Origin: Acutalibacteraceae bacterium
GTDB lineage: Bacteria > Bacillota > Clostridia > Oscillospirales > Acutalibacteraceae
Length of the DNA stretch: 64,000 nucleotides
Direction of reading: 5' to 3'
NCBI GenBank assembly: GCA_045605425.1
Contig: JAZUQA010000012.1
Location: 246 to 64,245, forward strand
Shown: one piece after another, positions 53,951-63,772 of the stretch
Layout: the number at the start of each line of letters is the position of its first letter
Position numbering within the stretch: position 1 is the stretch's first letter
Notes under the pieces: model-generated
The model's database searches: none
What the model was told of the DNA's origin: nothing
The model's input: the letters and a program-made list of their open reading frames with translations, nothing else
Made by a program: the position numbers and the translations under genes

Positions 53951-55763
53951 AAGGCTTAAAAAGAACAAGGAAAAAGAAAAGGCGCACAGCATAAGAAACT
54001 ATATTTTTATGCTCCGCTTTATTACGAAAAATTCTCCGTTCCTGCTTATCAACTATATCCTTGCCGATGTGCTGACAAACCTGCCGTGGCTGCTTTCAAA
54101 CGTAGTGCTTCTCAAGTATATAATCGACGTTGTTACGCAAGGTGAGGACTACGGCAGAATAGCTGTTGCGCTCGGTATTTTTGCGGCAGCAATAGTTTTA
54201 GGCAACCTCTATAATACCGTTGTCTACGAAATCTATCTGCCTAAGCAGAAGGAAAAGCTGTACTACAAGCTCTATTCCGATATTTACGAAAAGGCGGCAA
54301 GGATGGATTTTTCATCCTATGACGACCCGAAGTTTTATAACGATTTCGTGCTTGCAATGAACACAATGAGCGACAGAGTGGAAAGCGTTATAAGCAGTAC
54401 ACAGCGTATTGTAAGTAACCTCTTTTCAATTTTTACGATCACCGCCGTTATTGCAACCATTGACCCGATGAGCTTTTTGTTCGTAATTGCCTGCGTGGCT
54501 ATAATGATACCTACGGGCAGGCTTATAGGCAAGGTCAACGTAGATAAAAAACAGGCGATGACACCGCTTGACAGAAAAAATCTTTATTTTTCCCGTGTGT
54601 TCTATCTGCAGGATTACGCAAAGGAGCTTCGCCTCAACCCTGCGGGCGAAATGATTGAGCGCAGATATGTTGCCAATATCTACGACAGAATTAAAACTAT
54701 CCGTCCCTTCCTGTGGAAGCAGTGTATGCTCTATTTTTCACAGGAGAGTCTGCCGCTGACATTGCTCATCAGCTTCGGCGTAACTGTTTATATGGGCTAT
54801 CAGGCGATAGTCACTAAGGAAGTAGGCTTGGGTGATTTTGCGGCAACCTTCAACGGCGTTACTGTTGTCAGCAACAGCGCCTTTGCGCTCACAACCTGGT
54901 TTGCCGTAACCTTCCGTGAAAACGGGCTTTACGTTGAAAAGTTCAGAAAGTTTATGAATGCGGAAGAAAAAATCAAGGACGGTACGCTTGAAACAAAGCT
55001 AGAAAAGCCCGAAACGATAAGGCTTGAAAATGTTTCGTTTACCTATCCCGGTAACACCGTGCCAACACTTAAAAACATCAGTCTTGAAATCAAGCCCTAT
55101 CAGAAAATTGCACTTGTAGGCTACAACGGCGCAGGCAAAACAACGCTTACAAACCTGCTCTTAAGGCTCTACGATGTGACGGACGGCGCAATTACTGTTG
55201 GCGGTAAGGACATAAGGGAGTGGAAAATAAAGGCGTACCACGAAAACTATGCCGCCGTTTTCCAGGATTTCTCTCTCTTCGGTGCCACAATCGGCGAAAA
55301 CGTAGCAATGAACGACAGCCCCGACAGTGAAAGAGTGCTGAAAGCCCTTGATGAAAGCAGCTTCACCAAAAAGCTGCCCGACGGCACGGACACCGTTTTG
55401 CTTCGGGAATTTGATGAGGACGGACTATCCCTTTCGGGCGGTGAGGGGCAGAAGGTTGCCGTTGCAAGGGCTTTTTATAAGGACTGTCCCTTTGCAATTC
55501 TTGACGAGCCAAGCGCAAACCTCGACCCCGTTTCGGAATATTCGCTCAATGAAGCTATGTCAAGAGCTGCCCGTGACAAGACTGTTATCTTCATTTCTCA
55601 CCGTCTTTCCACAACCGTTATGGCAGACGTGATTTATATGCTCGAAAACGGCGAGATTGTCGAAAGCGGCAGCCACGAGGAGCTTATGGCTAAAAATGGA
55701 AAATATGCCTATATGTTCAGGCTTCAGGCTGAAAAATATAAAGAGAATGAAATAGTCAAATAA
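53943..55763 (+). CDS. ABC transporter ATP-binding/permease fusion protein
   Basis: Start MSKRLKKNK overlaps the upstream stop by 8 nt. Walker A GYNGAGKTT, signature LSGGEGQK, Walker B FAILDEPS. Confidence 0.9.
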   Translation: MSKRLKKNKEKEKAHSIRNYIFMLRFITKNSPFLLINYILADVLTNLPWLLSNVVLLKYIIDVVTQGEDYGRIAVALGIFAAAIVLGNLYNTVVYEIYLPKQKEKLYYKLYSDIYEKAARMDFSSYDDPKFYNDFVLAMNTMSDRVESVISSTQRIVSNLFSIFTITAVIATIDPMSFLFVIACVAIMIPTGRLIGKVNVDKKQAMTPLDRKNLYFSRVFYLQDYAKELRLNPAGEMIERRYVANIYDRIKTIRPFLWKQCMLYFSQESLPLTLLISFGVTVYMGYQAIVTKEVGLGDFAATFNGVTVVSNSAFALTTWFAVTFRENGLYVEKFRKFMNAEEKIKDGTLETKLEKPETIRLENVSFTYPGNTVPTLKNISLEIKPYQKIALVGYNGAGKTTLTNLLLRLYDVTDGAITVGGKDIREWKIKAYHENYAAVFQDFSLFGATIGENVAMNDSPDSERVLKALDESSFTKKLPDGTDTVLLREFDEDGLSLSGGEGQKVAVARAFYKDCPFAILDEPSANLDPVSEYSLNEAMSRAARDKTVIFISHRLSTTVMADVIYMLENGEIVESGSHEELMAKNGKYAYMFRLQAEKYKENEIVK

Positions 55764-55811
55764 TTGACATATAAGCAGATTTATAATAAAATATAAAGTT
55801 GATAAAGACAT

Positions 55812-56155
55812 AAGCGGACTGGGCAGCTGCGGCAGCAGGGACTTATCACCCCTGCGCTGAGGAAAGTCCGGGCTTCACAGAGCAGGATAACGGCTAACGG
55901 CCGCCGAGGGTGACCTTAGGGAAAGTGCAACAGAGATATACCGCCTGCCTTTTGGCAGGTAAGGGTGGAAAGGCGAGGTAAGAGCTCACCGGCGTGCAGG
56001 AGACTGCACGGCCCTGCAAACCCTATCCGAAGCAACATCGAGCGGAGTGGCTTGCTCGGCCCATACTCCAACGGATGGCGTGAGCCCTGCGGCAACGCAG
56101 GGCCAAGAAAGATAGTTGCCTTAAACGACAGAACCCGGCTTACAGGTCCGCTTGT
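55812..56155 (+). ncRNA. rnpB: RNase P RNA, bacterial type A
   Basis: P1 pairing aagcggac/gtccgctt. Universal GAGGAAAGTCCGGGC at about 55858. AGGGTGGAAAGGCGAGGTAAGAGCTCACC and ACAGAACCCGGCTTA are conserved blocks. Confidence 0.9.
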
Positions 56156-56182
56156 GTTTTTAAAAATATCTGTTATCTCATA

Positions 56183-56250
56183 GTTATTATCTTTTATCTC
56201 TTATCTCTCGTTGCTTTTAAGATGTTGCTTAGATAAAAGATAACAAATAA
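56183..56250. repeat. AT-rich heptamer palindrome downstream of rnpB
   Basis: Heptamers ttatctt ttatctc ttatctc. Perfect 13-bp inverted repeat ttatcttttatct (56187..56199) / agataaaagataa (56231..56243). Confidence 0.55.
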
Positions 56251-56290
56251 TAATTAATAGATAATAGTTTTTGTGGGAGGGGAGAGCACT

Positions 56291-57394
56291 ATGGAAGACA
56301 TATACATCGGCGGCAAAAAGCCAATGGATGACAATTCGACAGCCGAGGATATATATATAACTCCCCGCCGCAGACAGCAACCGGCTTATGAGCCGCCGAA
56401 GGAGCCCTTTTACCCCGACGAAGAGCCCGAAAACGAGCCGGAAGAGCCCGAAGAAAAGCGGCCGAAGAAAAAGAAAAAATCAAAATTTTTCCGCAGGATA
56501 AAGGCGATAATTCTTGTTGCCGCCCTGCTTGTCGGTTTGCTTACGGGTATGGTTTACCACACCTTCAGCAGCGTCAATTACAACGAAACGGGTCACGGCG
56601 AAAACGTCTTTCTCGATGAGGACAAGCTCATGCAGAGCACTTCAGTCAAGAACATACTTCTCATCGGTGTGGACAGGCGTAACCCCGACGAATCCTCACG
56701 CTCGGATACTATGCTTCTGGTATCGCTCAACACAAAAACGGGCAAAATAAAGCTGACCTCCTTTATGCGTGACACCTATGTGTATATCCCCGAGCGGCAG
56801 AAGAATGCAAAGCTCAACGCTGCCTGCACCTGGGGCGGTGCGCAGATGGTTATGGACACCATTGAATACAACTTCAATATTAAAATCGACCACTATATGC
56901 TTGTCGATTTCACAATGTTTGAGGATATTATCAACGGCCTTGACGGTGTTAACGTTGAAGTAACCGAAAAAGAAGCCAGGTATATGCGTGATAAGGTTCA
57001 CCTGAAAAACGTTCAGGCAGGTGAGAGTGTTCACCTCAACGGAAAAGAGGCGCTGTGGTATTGCCGTATCAGAGCTCTCGATTCGGACTTTATGCGCACC
57101 AAGCGTCAGCGCAAGGTTATGACTGCGCTTATAGAAAAGGTCAAAAAGACCAATCCCTTTGAGCTTTATACTCTTACGGGAGAAATAGTCAGCCTTGTCG
57201 AAACGGATATGTCACCAGCAACGCTCACCTCGCTTGCGGTAAACGGGCTTTTCCGCTACCTGCACTACGATATTGAGCAGGGCAGTGTGCCAAAGGAAGG
57301 CACATGGCAGAGCAAAAAGATTTCGGGTCAGTCCGTGTTGAGCGTTGACCTTGGCGAAAACAGAGAATATCTTGAAGAATTTATATATGAATAG
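56291..57394 (+). CDS. LytR-CpsA-Psr (LCP) family cell-wall polymer transferase
   Basis: The ATG at 56291 follows GGGAGGGGAG. TM anchor and LCP motif RSDTMLLVSLN. Ends in TAG. Confidence 0.85.
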   Translation: MEDIYIGGKKPMDDNSTAEDIYITPRRRQQPAYEPPKEPFYPDEEPENEPEEPEEKRPKKKKKSKFFRRIKAIILVAALLVGLLTGMVYHTFSSVNYNETGHGENVFLDEDKLMQSTSVKNILLIGVDRRNPDESSRSDTMLLVSLNTKTGKIKLTSFMRDTYVYIPERQKNAKLNAACTWGGAQMVMDTIEYNFNIKIDHYMLVDFTMFEDIINGLDGVNVEVTEKEARYMRDKVHLKNVQAGESVHLNGKEALWYCRIRALDSDFMRTKRQRKVMTALIEKVKKTNPFELYTLTGEIVSLVETDMSPATLTSLAVNGLFRYLHYDIEQGSVPKEGTWQSKKISGQSVLSVDLGENREYLEEFIYE

Positions 57395-57406
57395 GGGACG
57401 GTAATA

Positions 57407-58813
57407 ATGAAGCAGTTTATGGGTAAGGACTTCCTTCTGGATAACGAAGTGGCTGTTGAGCTTTTTGAAGCCGCTAACGAAATGCCGATTTTTGACTGGC
57501 ATTGTCACCTTTCGCCCAAAGAAATTTACGAAAACAAACAGCCGTCGGACATCGCCTGGCTTATGCTTGGCGGCGACCACTACAAGTGGCGTGCAATGCG
57601 CTCCTTCGGCATTGACGAAAAATACATCACGGGTGACGCAAGCTGGCACGACAAGTTTGTTGCCTTTGCAACAATGCTTGCTTACGCTCCCGGCAACCCG
57701 CTTTACCATTGGACTCACCTTGAGCTTCAGCGCTATTTCGGCATTGACACACCTTTAAGTGCAAAGACAGCCGAGGAAATCTGGGAAAAGGCAAACGCAC
57801 AGATTAAGGCAGGCGGCTTTACTCCCCGTGAGCTTATCGCAAAATCCAACGTTTCCTGCGTTTTCACAACCGATGATCCTGCGGATTCGCTTGAATACCA
57901 CGTGCTTCTTGTCAAGGACGAAAGCTTCAAGACAAAGGTTATTCCTGCTTTCCGTCCCGATAAGGCTCTCGGTATCGAGCTTCCCTCATTTATTCCGTGG
58001 CTCAGCAGCCTTGAAGAGCGTGTGGGCAGAAAGATTGAAAGCTATTCAGCACTTGAAGAGGCTCTGCTCGAAAGAATAGAAGCCTTTGCAGCTATGGGCT
58101 GTAAGGGCAGCGACCACGCTTTCACCTATGTACCCTATGCCGAGGCTTCACCCGATGAGCTTGAGGCGATATTCCAGAAGGGCAGACTCGGCGGCAGCTT
58201 CACTACGCACGAGCTTGACGCTTACCGCACTGCACTTCTTCGCACTCTTGCCAAGGAATACGCACGCCGTGGCTGGGCTATGGAGCTTCACATGGGTCCG
58301 ATGAGAAACAACAACACCCTTATGTTTAATAAAATAGGCCCCGACACGGGCTTTGACTCAATAGACGACAAGGAAATTGCACAGCCCCTTTCACGCTTCC
58401 TTGACAGCCTTGCAAAGGAGGAGCTTCTTCCCAAGACTATCCTCTTTACTCTCAACCCCAAGGACAACTATGTTCTCGGCACTATGCTCGGCAACTTCCA
58501 GAATTCCGACGCACCGGGTAAAATCCAGTTCGGCAGCGGCTGGTGGTTCAACGACAACCTTGACGGTATGCGTGAGCAGATGAAGGCACTCGGCAACCTT
58601 TCCGTTCTCGGAAAATTTGTCGGTATGGTTACGGATTCCCGTTCCTTCCTTTCTTACCCCAGGCACGAGTATTTCCGCCGCATTCTCTGCGGTCTGCTCG
58701 GCGATATGGTTGACAAGGGTCTTTATCCCAACGATATGGAAACACTTAAACAGCTCGTGCAGGATGTTTCCTACAACAACGCTGTAAAATACTTTGGAAT
58801 AGAGGGTATCTGA
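57407..58813 (+). CDS. uxaC: Glucuronate isomerase
   Basis: 468 aa. FDWHCHLSPKEIYEN and WWFND motifs characteristic of UxaC. Confidence 0.9.
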   Translation: MKQFMGKDFLLDNEVAVELFEAANEMPIFDWHCHLSPKEIYENKQPSDIAWLMLGGDHYKWRAMRSFGIDEKYITGDASWHDKFVAFATMLAYAPGNPLYHWTHLELQRYFGIDTPLSAKTAEEIWEKANAQIKAGGFTPRELIAKSNVSCVFTTDDPADSLEYHVLLVKDESFKTKVIPAFRPDKALGIELPSFIPWLSSLEERVGRKIESYSALEEALLERIEAFAAMGCKGSDHAFTYVPYAEASPDELEAIFQKGRLGGSFTTHELDAYRTALLRTLAKEYARRGWAMELHMGPMRNNNTLMFNKIGPDTGFDSIDDKEIAQPLSRFLDSLAKEELLPKTILFTLNPKDNYVLGTMLGNFQNSDAPGKIQFGSGWWFNDNLDGMREQMKALGNLSVLGKFVGMVTDSRSFLSYPRHEYFRRILCGLLGDMVDKGLYPNDMETLKQLVQDVSYNNAVKYFGIEGI

Positions 58814-58815
58814 GT

Positions 58816-59928
58816 ATGCAGATGAGAAAATTTAAAGGTATAGATGTTGAAGTTTTTCCGCTGGGCTTTGGCTGTATGCGCTTCCCCACAAAGGGCAGAA
58901 ACCATAAAATCGACCGTGAAACCTCAACCGAAATGATACGCCACGCAATTGACGAGGGCGTTAATTATATCGACACGGCTTATTACTATCACGACGGCGA
59001 GAGTGAGGAATTTGTCGGCGAAGCACTCGGTGACGGCTACAGAGAAAAGGTTTACCTTGCCACAAAGTGTCCCGTTTATGATTTAACCGATGAAATAACC
59101 TTTGAAATGCGTCTTGACACTCAGCTTGAAAGGCTGAAGACTGACCATATAGATTTCTACCTTCTCCACACCCTCAACAAGGATTTGTGGAACAACAAGG
59201 TTCTTAAGTATAACGTGCTTGACAGTATGGTTAAGGCAAGAGAAGCAGGCAAAATCAAGTACCTCGGCTTCTCTTTCCACGACGATGTTGAGCTTTTCAA
59301 GGAAATCGTTGATGCCTTTGACTGGGATTTCTGCCAGATTCAGTACAACTACGTTGACACCAAGCATCAGGCAGGAACAGAAGGTCTGGAATACGCTTAC
59401 GACAAGGGTATGAGCGTAATTATTATGGAGCCTCTTCGTGGCGGCAGACTTGTCAAGGGTCTGCCCGAAAGAGTAAAGGATGTTCTGCCCAAGTCAAAGA
59501 GCAAGGTCGAAACAGCACTCGACTTTATCTGGGACAGGGAAGAGGTAGCTCTTGTCTTAAGCGGTATGAGCACACCCAAGCAGGTTGAGGATAACCTGCG
59601 CTACGCAAAGCGCAGCAGCGTGAATATGCTCACCCCTTACGAAAGAAACTGCCTCAAAAAGGCTGATGAGGTTTTCCACACAATGCCGCTTGTCGGCTGC
59701 ACGGGCTGCGAATACTGTATGCCCTGCCCGTTTGGCGTGGATATTCCCGGCTGCTTTGCAGCGTATAACGCCTCTGTCCATAAGGGCAAGAGAACGGCAA
59801 AGGAAAGGTACGAAGCACTGGGCGGCAAAGCAGACCTCTGCCGTGCCTGCGGCAAGTGTAAATCTGCCTGCCCCCAGAGCATTAACATCCCCGAAGAAAT
59901 GAAGAAAATCGAGGCTTGTTTTGAATAA
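58816..59928 (+). CDS. Aldo/keto reductase with C-terminal 4Fe-4S ferredoxin-type domain
   Basis: 370 aa. AKR N-terminus (LGFGCMRFP, IDTAYYYHDGESE). C-terminal CTGCEYCMPCP and CRACGKCKSACP. Confidence 0.8.
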   Translation: MQMRKFKGIDVEVFPLGFGCMRFPTKGRNHKIDRETSTEMIRHAIDEGVNYIDTAYYYHDGESEEFVGEALGDGYREKVYLATKCPVYDLTDEITFEMRLDTQLERLKTDHIDFYLLHTLNKDLWNNKVLKYNVLDSMVKAREAGKIKYLGFSFHDDVELFKEIVDAFDWDFCQIQYNYVDTKHQAGTEGLEYAYDKGMSVIIMEPLRGGRLVKGLPERVKDVLPKSKSKVETALDFIWDREEVALVLSGMSTPKQVEDNLRYAKRSSVNMLTPYERNCLKKADEVFHTMPLVGCTGCEYCMPCPFGVDIPGCFAAYNASVHKGKRTAKERYEALGGKADLCRACGKCKSACPQSINIPEEMKKIEACFE

Positions 59929-59952
59929 TAAACCTTCCCGGAGGTATTGAAT

Positions 59953-61026
59953 ATGGCTAACGATACGGTATGGATAATCGTTCCGGTATATAATGCTGAA
60001 AAAACACTTAAAAAGTGTGTCAGGTCAATACAAAAGCAGACCTATAAAAACTGGAAACTTGTTCTTGTCGATGATGGCTCAAAGGACAAAAGCGGCGAAA
60101 TATGCGATAAGTTTGCCGCAAAAGATGACAGAATAATTGCCGTGCATCAGGCAAACGCAGGTCCGAGTGCGGCAAGAAAAAAAGGAGTCTACCATATTGA
60201 TGATGACGGTTACTGCGCTTTTTGCGACAGCGATGACCTGATGCCGAAAAATGCACTGGAGCTGATGTTGGATGAAGCGAAACGTACTGACGTCGATATG
60301 GTTTGCGGCAAGATGGTTGTTACATACAAGGGCATAAAACTTCCGAATGAATTGGTTTTCAAATGCTTTTCTGCTCCTAAAGTATATGAGAAGAATGAGC
60401 TGATGGCAGAGCTGTTTAGTGCTTGCATTGGTTGCGGTTCGGATTTTCCGGTCAGTCTTTGCGGCAAGATTTTTAAGATAGCCAAAATCAAGCCTGTAGT
60501 TCTTGATGACTGTGCCATACCTAAAAAATTTGCGGAAGATCTGGACGTAATGTTGCGTGCGATGCCGGGTTTTGAAAGGTGCAGTGTAATAAACGAAGAA
60601 GTTTATCTGTATCGCAAAGGCGGCGGCACAAGTGGCTTTATGCCCGAATATTTGACTGACAGCCTGTTTTTGTTTGAGAGAAAGAAAGATTATCTGAATT
60701 TATATACAGGTCATGCAGATGTCAAAGGTGCGATTTCTTCCGAACTGCTGACAAATTCAATTACATACCTTACCGTGTGTAAGCGTTTTGAGCGGTATAC
60801 CAAAGGCTCGCTTGAAGCTGAGATCGTATATGTCTGCTCACTGCCCGAAATCAGGGAAGCTCTGAGTGAAAAAGGAGCGGAAAATTTGAAATGGGCTTAC
60901 CCTGGAGCGTGGGAATGTATGAAGGTGGATGATTTTTTTGGTTTGGAAAAGATAGTTGTCGATTATGTAGAAATGCTTAGACAACGCACTTTGATAAAAA
61001 AAATAATCGGTGTCCTGAAAGAATAA
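59953..61026 (+). CDS. Glycosyltransferase family 2
   Basis: IIVPVYNAEKTLKKCVRSIQKQTYKNWKLVLVDDGSKDKSG and CDSDD (DxD). Paralogous to 62229..63290. Confidence 0.85.
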   Translation: MANDTVWIIVPVYNAEKTLKKCVRSIQKQTYKNWKLVLVDDGSKDKSGEICDKFAAKDDRIIAVHQANAGPSAARKKGVYHIDDDGYCAFCDSDDLMPKNALELMLDEAKRTDVDMVCGKMVVTYKGIKLPNELVFKCFSAPKVYEKNELMAELFSACIGCGSDFPVSLCGKIFKIAKIKPVVLDDCAIPKKFAEDLDVMLRAMPGFERCSVINEEVYLYRKGGGTSGFMPEYLTDSLFLFERKKDYLNLYTGHADVKGAISSELLTNSITYLTVCKRFERYTKGSLEAEIVYVCSLPEIREALSEKGAENLKWAYPGAWECMKVDDFFGLEKIVVDYVEMLRQRTLIKKIIGVLKE

Positions 61027-61074
61027 GTTTTATTAAATAGTCTATCGACTGTTTCAGTTGTGAGGTGAGTGTTT

Positions 61075-62232
61075 ATGAAGAACGGTACGTTCAACAACAG
61101 CAAAAAGAAATCTTTGTGTATTTTGGTAGAGTGCTTTGTTGTAGGCGGTGTAGAAAGAGTTATAATTGATGCACTGAATGAGATTTCGGATTTTTTTGAT
61201 GTTACTCTGTTCGTTTATTCAAATATAGTTGATAAGAACGTACTGAAAAAGTTGCCCGATAATGTTCGTGTGGTTGTAGGTAGCCGTTCAATGTCAAGAA
61301 TTAGAGCATTGCTGCTGAGCATACCTGTGCTTGGTGAGCTGATTATTAGACGTGCTTTGCGTGAAAAGTTTGATTACCTGGTTGTTGCAAAGCCGCACTT
61401 CCTTATGGCATCACGTAGCGGTATGGCAGTCGAAACGGTCTATTGGGATCATAGTGGTAAGGACGCTATGTATGCTGATAGCCGCAATCTGAGCTTTTTG
61501 AGGAAAATCAACAAAATCCGCATAGCCTACGGAATCAGGAAATATGATTCGGTGTGGCTGCTGAGTAATGAAATAAAGGAGCAAATTGATACAGCTTTCA
61601 GCTTGAAAAACAGTGTTGTCTTGTCTAACCCGATGGATTGCGAAGCCGTGTTAGCGAAGTCACAGGAAACTCCGGAAGATTTGGAGATAAGATCGGATTT
61701 CAATATTGTTATGGTAGGCCGACTGTCTCCTGAAAAAGGTTTTGCGAGGGTAGTGTCGGCTTTGTCAGAGCTTGACAGCATAAAAGACTGGCATTTATTT
61801 ATCATCGGTGACGGACAGGAAAGAGAAAACCTGTTGAATTTGCGTGAAGGCTCAAAGGTAAAAGACAGAATAACTTTGCTAGGAGCGAAGGATAATCCTT
61901 ATAAATATATGAAATGTATGCAACTTCTAGTTTGTCCGTCGTATGCCGAAAGCTTCGGCCTGGTAATGCTTGAAGCCGCTCTTTTGAAAGTGCCTGTTTT
62001 GGCAACGGATACTCAGGGCGCACGCTATGTGTTGGGCAACGGGAAATACGGCATAATTATGCCTAACGATGACGGCGGTATTAAAGAGGCTCTGGAGAAA
62101 ATTCTCAATGAGTCCGGCGGTGTGGATGTTGATGTGGAATCGGTTTATCTTTGGGCGATGAAGCATGATAAAAAAGTGTTCGGTAAAAATATGTTAAAGT
62201 GTCTTGACGAAGACGGGATGGGTGGAGCATGA
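61075..62232 (+). CDS. Glycosyltransferase family 4 (GT-B, group 1)
   Basis: GRLSPEKGF and PSYAESFGLVMLEA motifs. Confidence 0.8.
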   Translation: MKNGTFNNSKKKSLCILVECFVVGGVERVIIDALNEISDFFDVTLFVYSNIVDKNVLKKLPDNVRVVVGSRSMSRIRALLLSIPVLGELIIRRALREKFDYLVVAKPHFLMASRSGMAVETVYWDHSGKDAMYADSRNLSFLRKINKIRIAYGIRKYDSVWLLSNEIKEQIDTAFSLKNSVVLSNPMDCEAVLAKSQETPEDLEIRSDFNIVMVGRLSPEKGFARVVSALSELDSIKDWHLFIIGDGQERENLLNLREGSKVKDRITLLGAKDNPYKYMKCMQLLVCPSYAESFGLVMLEAALLKVPVLATDTQGARYVLGNGKYGIIMPNDDGGIKEALEKILNESGGVDVDVESVYLWAMKHDKKVFGKNMLKCLDEDGMGGA

Positions 62233-63290
62233 ACAGTACGATATGGATAATTGTTCCCGTTTACAATGTGGAAAAGCTTTTGGGCAAATGTGTGAAGTCT
62301 GTGCAAAGGCAAACATTTAAAAATTGGAAAATGGTGCTGGTTGATGACGGTTCTACTGACAAAAGCGGTAAGCTGTGCGATGAGCTTGCGTCGGGTGATG
62401 ACAGAATAAGTGTTGTTCATACTGAAAATTGCGGCTTGCCCGGTGCAAGAAGAAATGGTTTGCGTCAAATTCCCGATAACGGTTATTGCTGCTTTTGCGA
62501 CAGTGATGATGAGCTGCCGGATAACGCTCTGGAGGTTTTGTTCGCTAAGGCAGAGGAAACCAAAGCAGATTTAGTCAGCGGATGCATGGTGAGAGTTTTA
62601 AAAGGCTTGAAGCTGCCGTATAATGCATTCGGTCAAATCCCCGAAGAAAAGGATGTGTTTGACAGGGAAGAAATGCTGAGCGGCATATATATAGGCTGTT
62701 TCGGAATGAATATTTTTCTGCCTAACCTTTGGGGTAAGCTTTACAGGATTGAAAATCTGAAGAAAGTTATGCTTGACGGAAGTAAAATTCCGAAGTATTT
62801 TGCAGAAGATCTGGATGTTACGCTAAGGCTTATGCCTATGCTTGACAAGGTGGCTTTTGTTCCAGATACGGTTTATAATTACCGTGTAGGTGGCGGCACA
62901 TCGAAGTTTATGCCGACTTTTCTTGAAGATAATTTGTTTATGTACAACCGAAAAAAAGAATATATGCACTATTACACAGGGAAGCTTGATGCTCACAGGC
63001 TGATTGCTATTGAACTGAAAAACATAGCTATGAGTTATTTTGCAATGTGCAATAAATTCAACAAATTCCCTTTGGGCGGTGACCTGAAAAAGGAAATCGA
63101 GGCTGTTTGTGATTTGCCTGAAATACAGGAAGCGGCAACACTTATCGAAGGCGATACGTCCGGATTTGTCGGTTCGGCAGAGGCTCTTATAAGTATGGAT
63201 GCTCAGAGAATAGCGTCTGTTGTATGTGCTCAGCAAGAAAATGACAAGGGAATTAAAGCAATTGCAAAAAAGATTATTGCAAGACTGTAA
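62229..63290 (+). CDS. Glycosyltransferase family 2
   Basis: IIVPVYNVEKLLGKCVKSVQRQTFKNWKMVLVDDGSTDKSG and CDSDD. 4-nt overlap with the GT4 gene. Confidence 0.85.
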   Translation: MNSTIWIIVPVYNVEKLLGKCVKSVQRQTFKNWKMVLVDDGSTDKSGKLCDELASGDDRISVVHTENCGLPGARRNGLRQIPDNGYCCFCDSDDELPDNALEVLFAKAEETKADLVSGCMVRVLKGLKLPYNAFGQIPEEKDVFDREEMLSGIYIGCFGMNIFLPNLWGKLYRIENLKKVMLDGSKIPKYFAEDLDVTLRLMPMLDKVAFVPDTVYNYRVGGGTSKFMPTFLEDNLFMYNRKKEYMHYYTGKLDAHRLIAIELKNIAMSYFAMCNKFNKFPLGGDLKKEIEAVCDLPEIQEAATLIEGDTSGFVGSAEALISMDAQRIASVVCAQQENDKGIKAIAKKIIARL

Positions 63291-63360
63291 TTTTGTGAAT
63301 TGATATATAATTCCACCAAATTAAGCCGGTTTAATTGTCTTAATTTTGCCACTCATGTGC

Positions 63361-63389
63361 TTGACATGGGTGGCTAAATTTGATATAAT
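63361..63389 (+). promoter_or_regulatory. Putative sigma-70 promoter of the rpsF-ssb operon
   Basis: TTGACA (63361..63366), 17-nt spacer, TATAAT (63384..63389). About 85-nt leader before rpsF. Confidence 0.55.
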
Positions 63390-63475
63390 TCCATATTGCT
63401 GTAATGAATTTACGGCAAATCCTTGCTTCGGAACAGGAGAGTCCGGGGCCAAAGACCATAAGGAGGTGCAAATCA

Positions 63476-63754
63476 ATGAACAACTACGAGATCATGTTGG
63501 TATTCTCCCTTGCAAAGGGTGAGGAGGCTGCAAACGCACTCACAGAGAAGTTCCAGGGTATGATCGAGAAGAACGGCACTGTTGAAAACGTTGATGTATG
63601 GGGTAAGCGCAAGCTTGAGTACCCGATCAACGACGAAACAGAAGCTCTCTATGTAGTTATCAACTACCAGAGTGCTCCCGATTTCCAGACAGAGCTCGAC
63701 CGTGTTCTCAAGATCACAGACGGCGTTCTTCGTTCAATGATCATCCGCAAGTAA
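63476..63754 (+). CDS. rpsF: 30S ribosomal protein S6
   Basis: MNNYEIMLVF...WGKRKLEYPI, typical of S6. RBS AAGGAGG. Confidence 0.9.
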   Translation: MNNYEIMLVFSLAKGEEAANALTEKFQGMIEKNGTVENVDVWGKRKLEYPINDETEALYVVINYQSAPDFQTELDRVLKITDGVLRSMIIRK

Positions 63755-63772
63755 TTAAAGGAGGAAAAAGAA

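Noticed and set aside
63290-63475. rpsF leader as a known S6:S18 autoregulatory RNA
   Set aside because: I cannot recall the consensus well enough to confirm it by eye. Only the promoter is reported.
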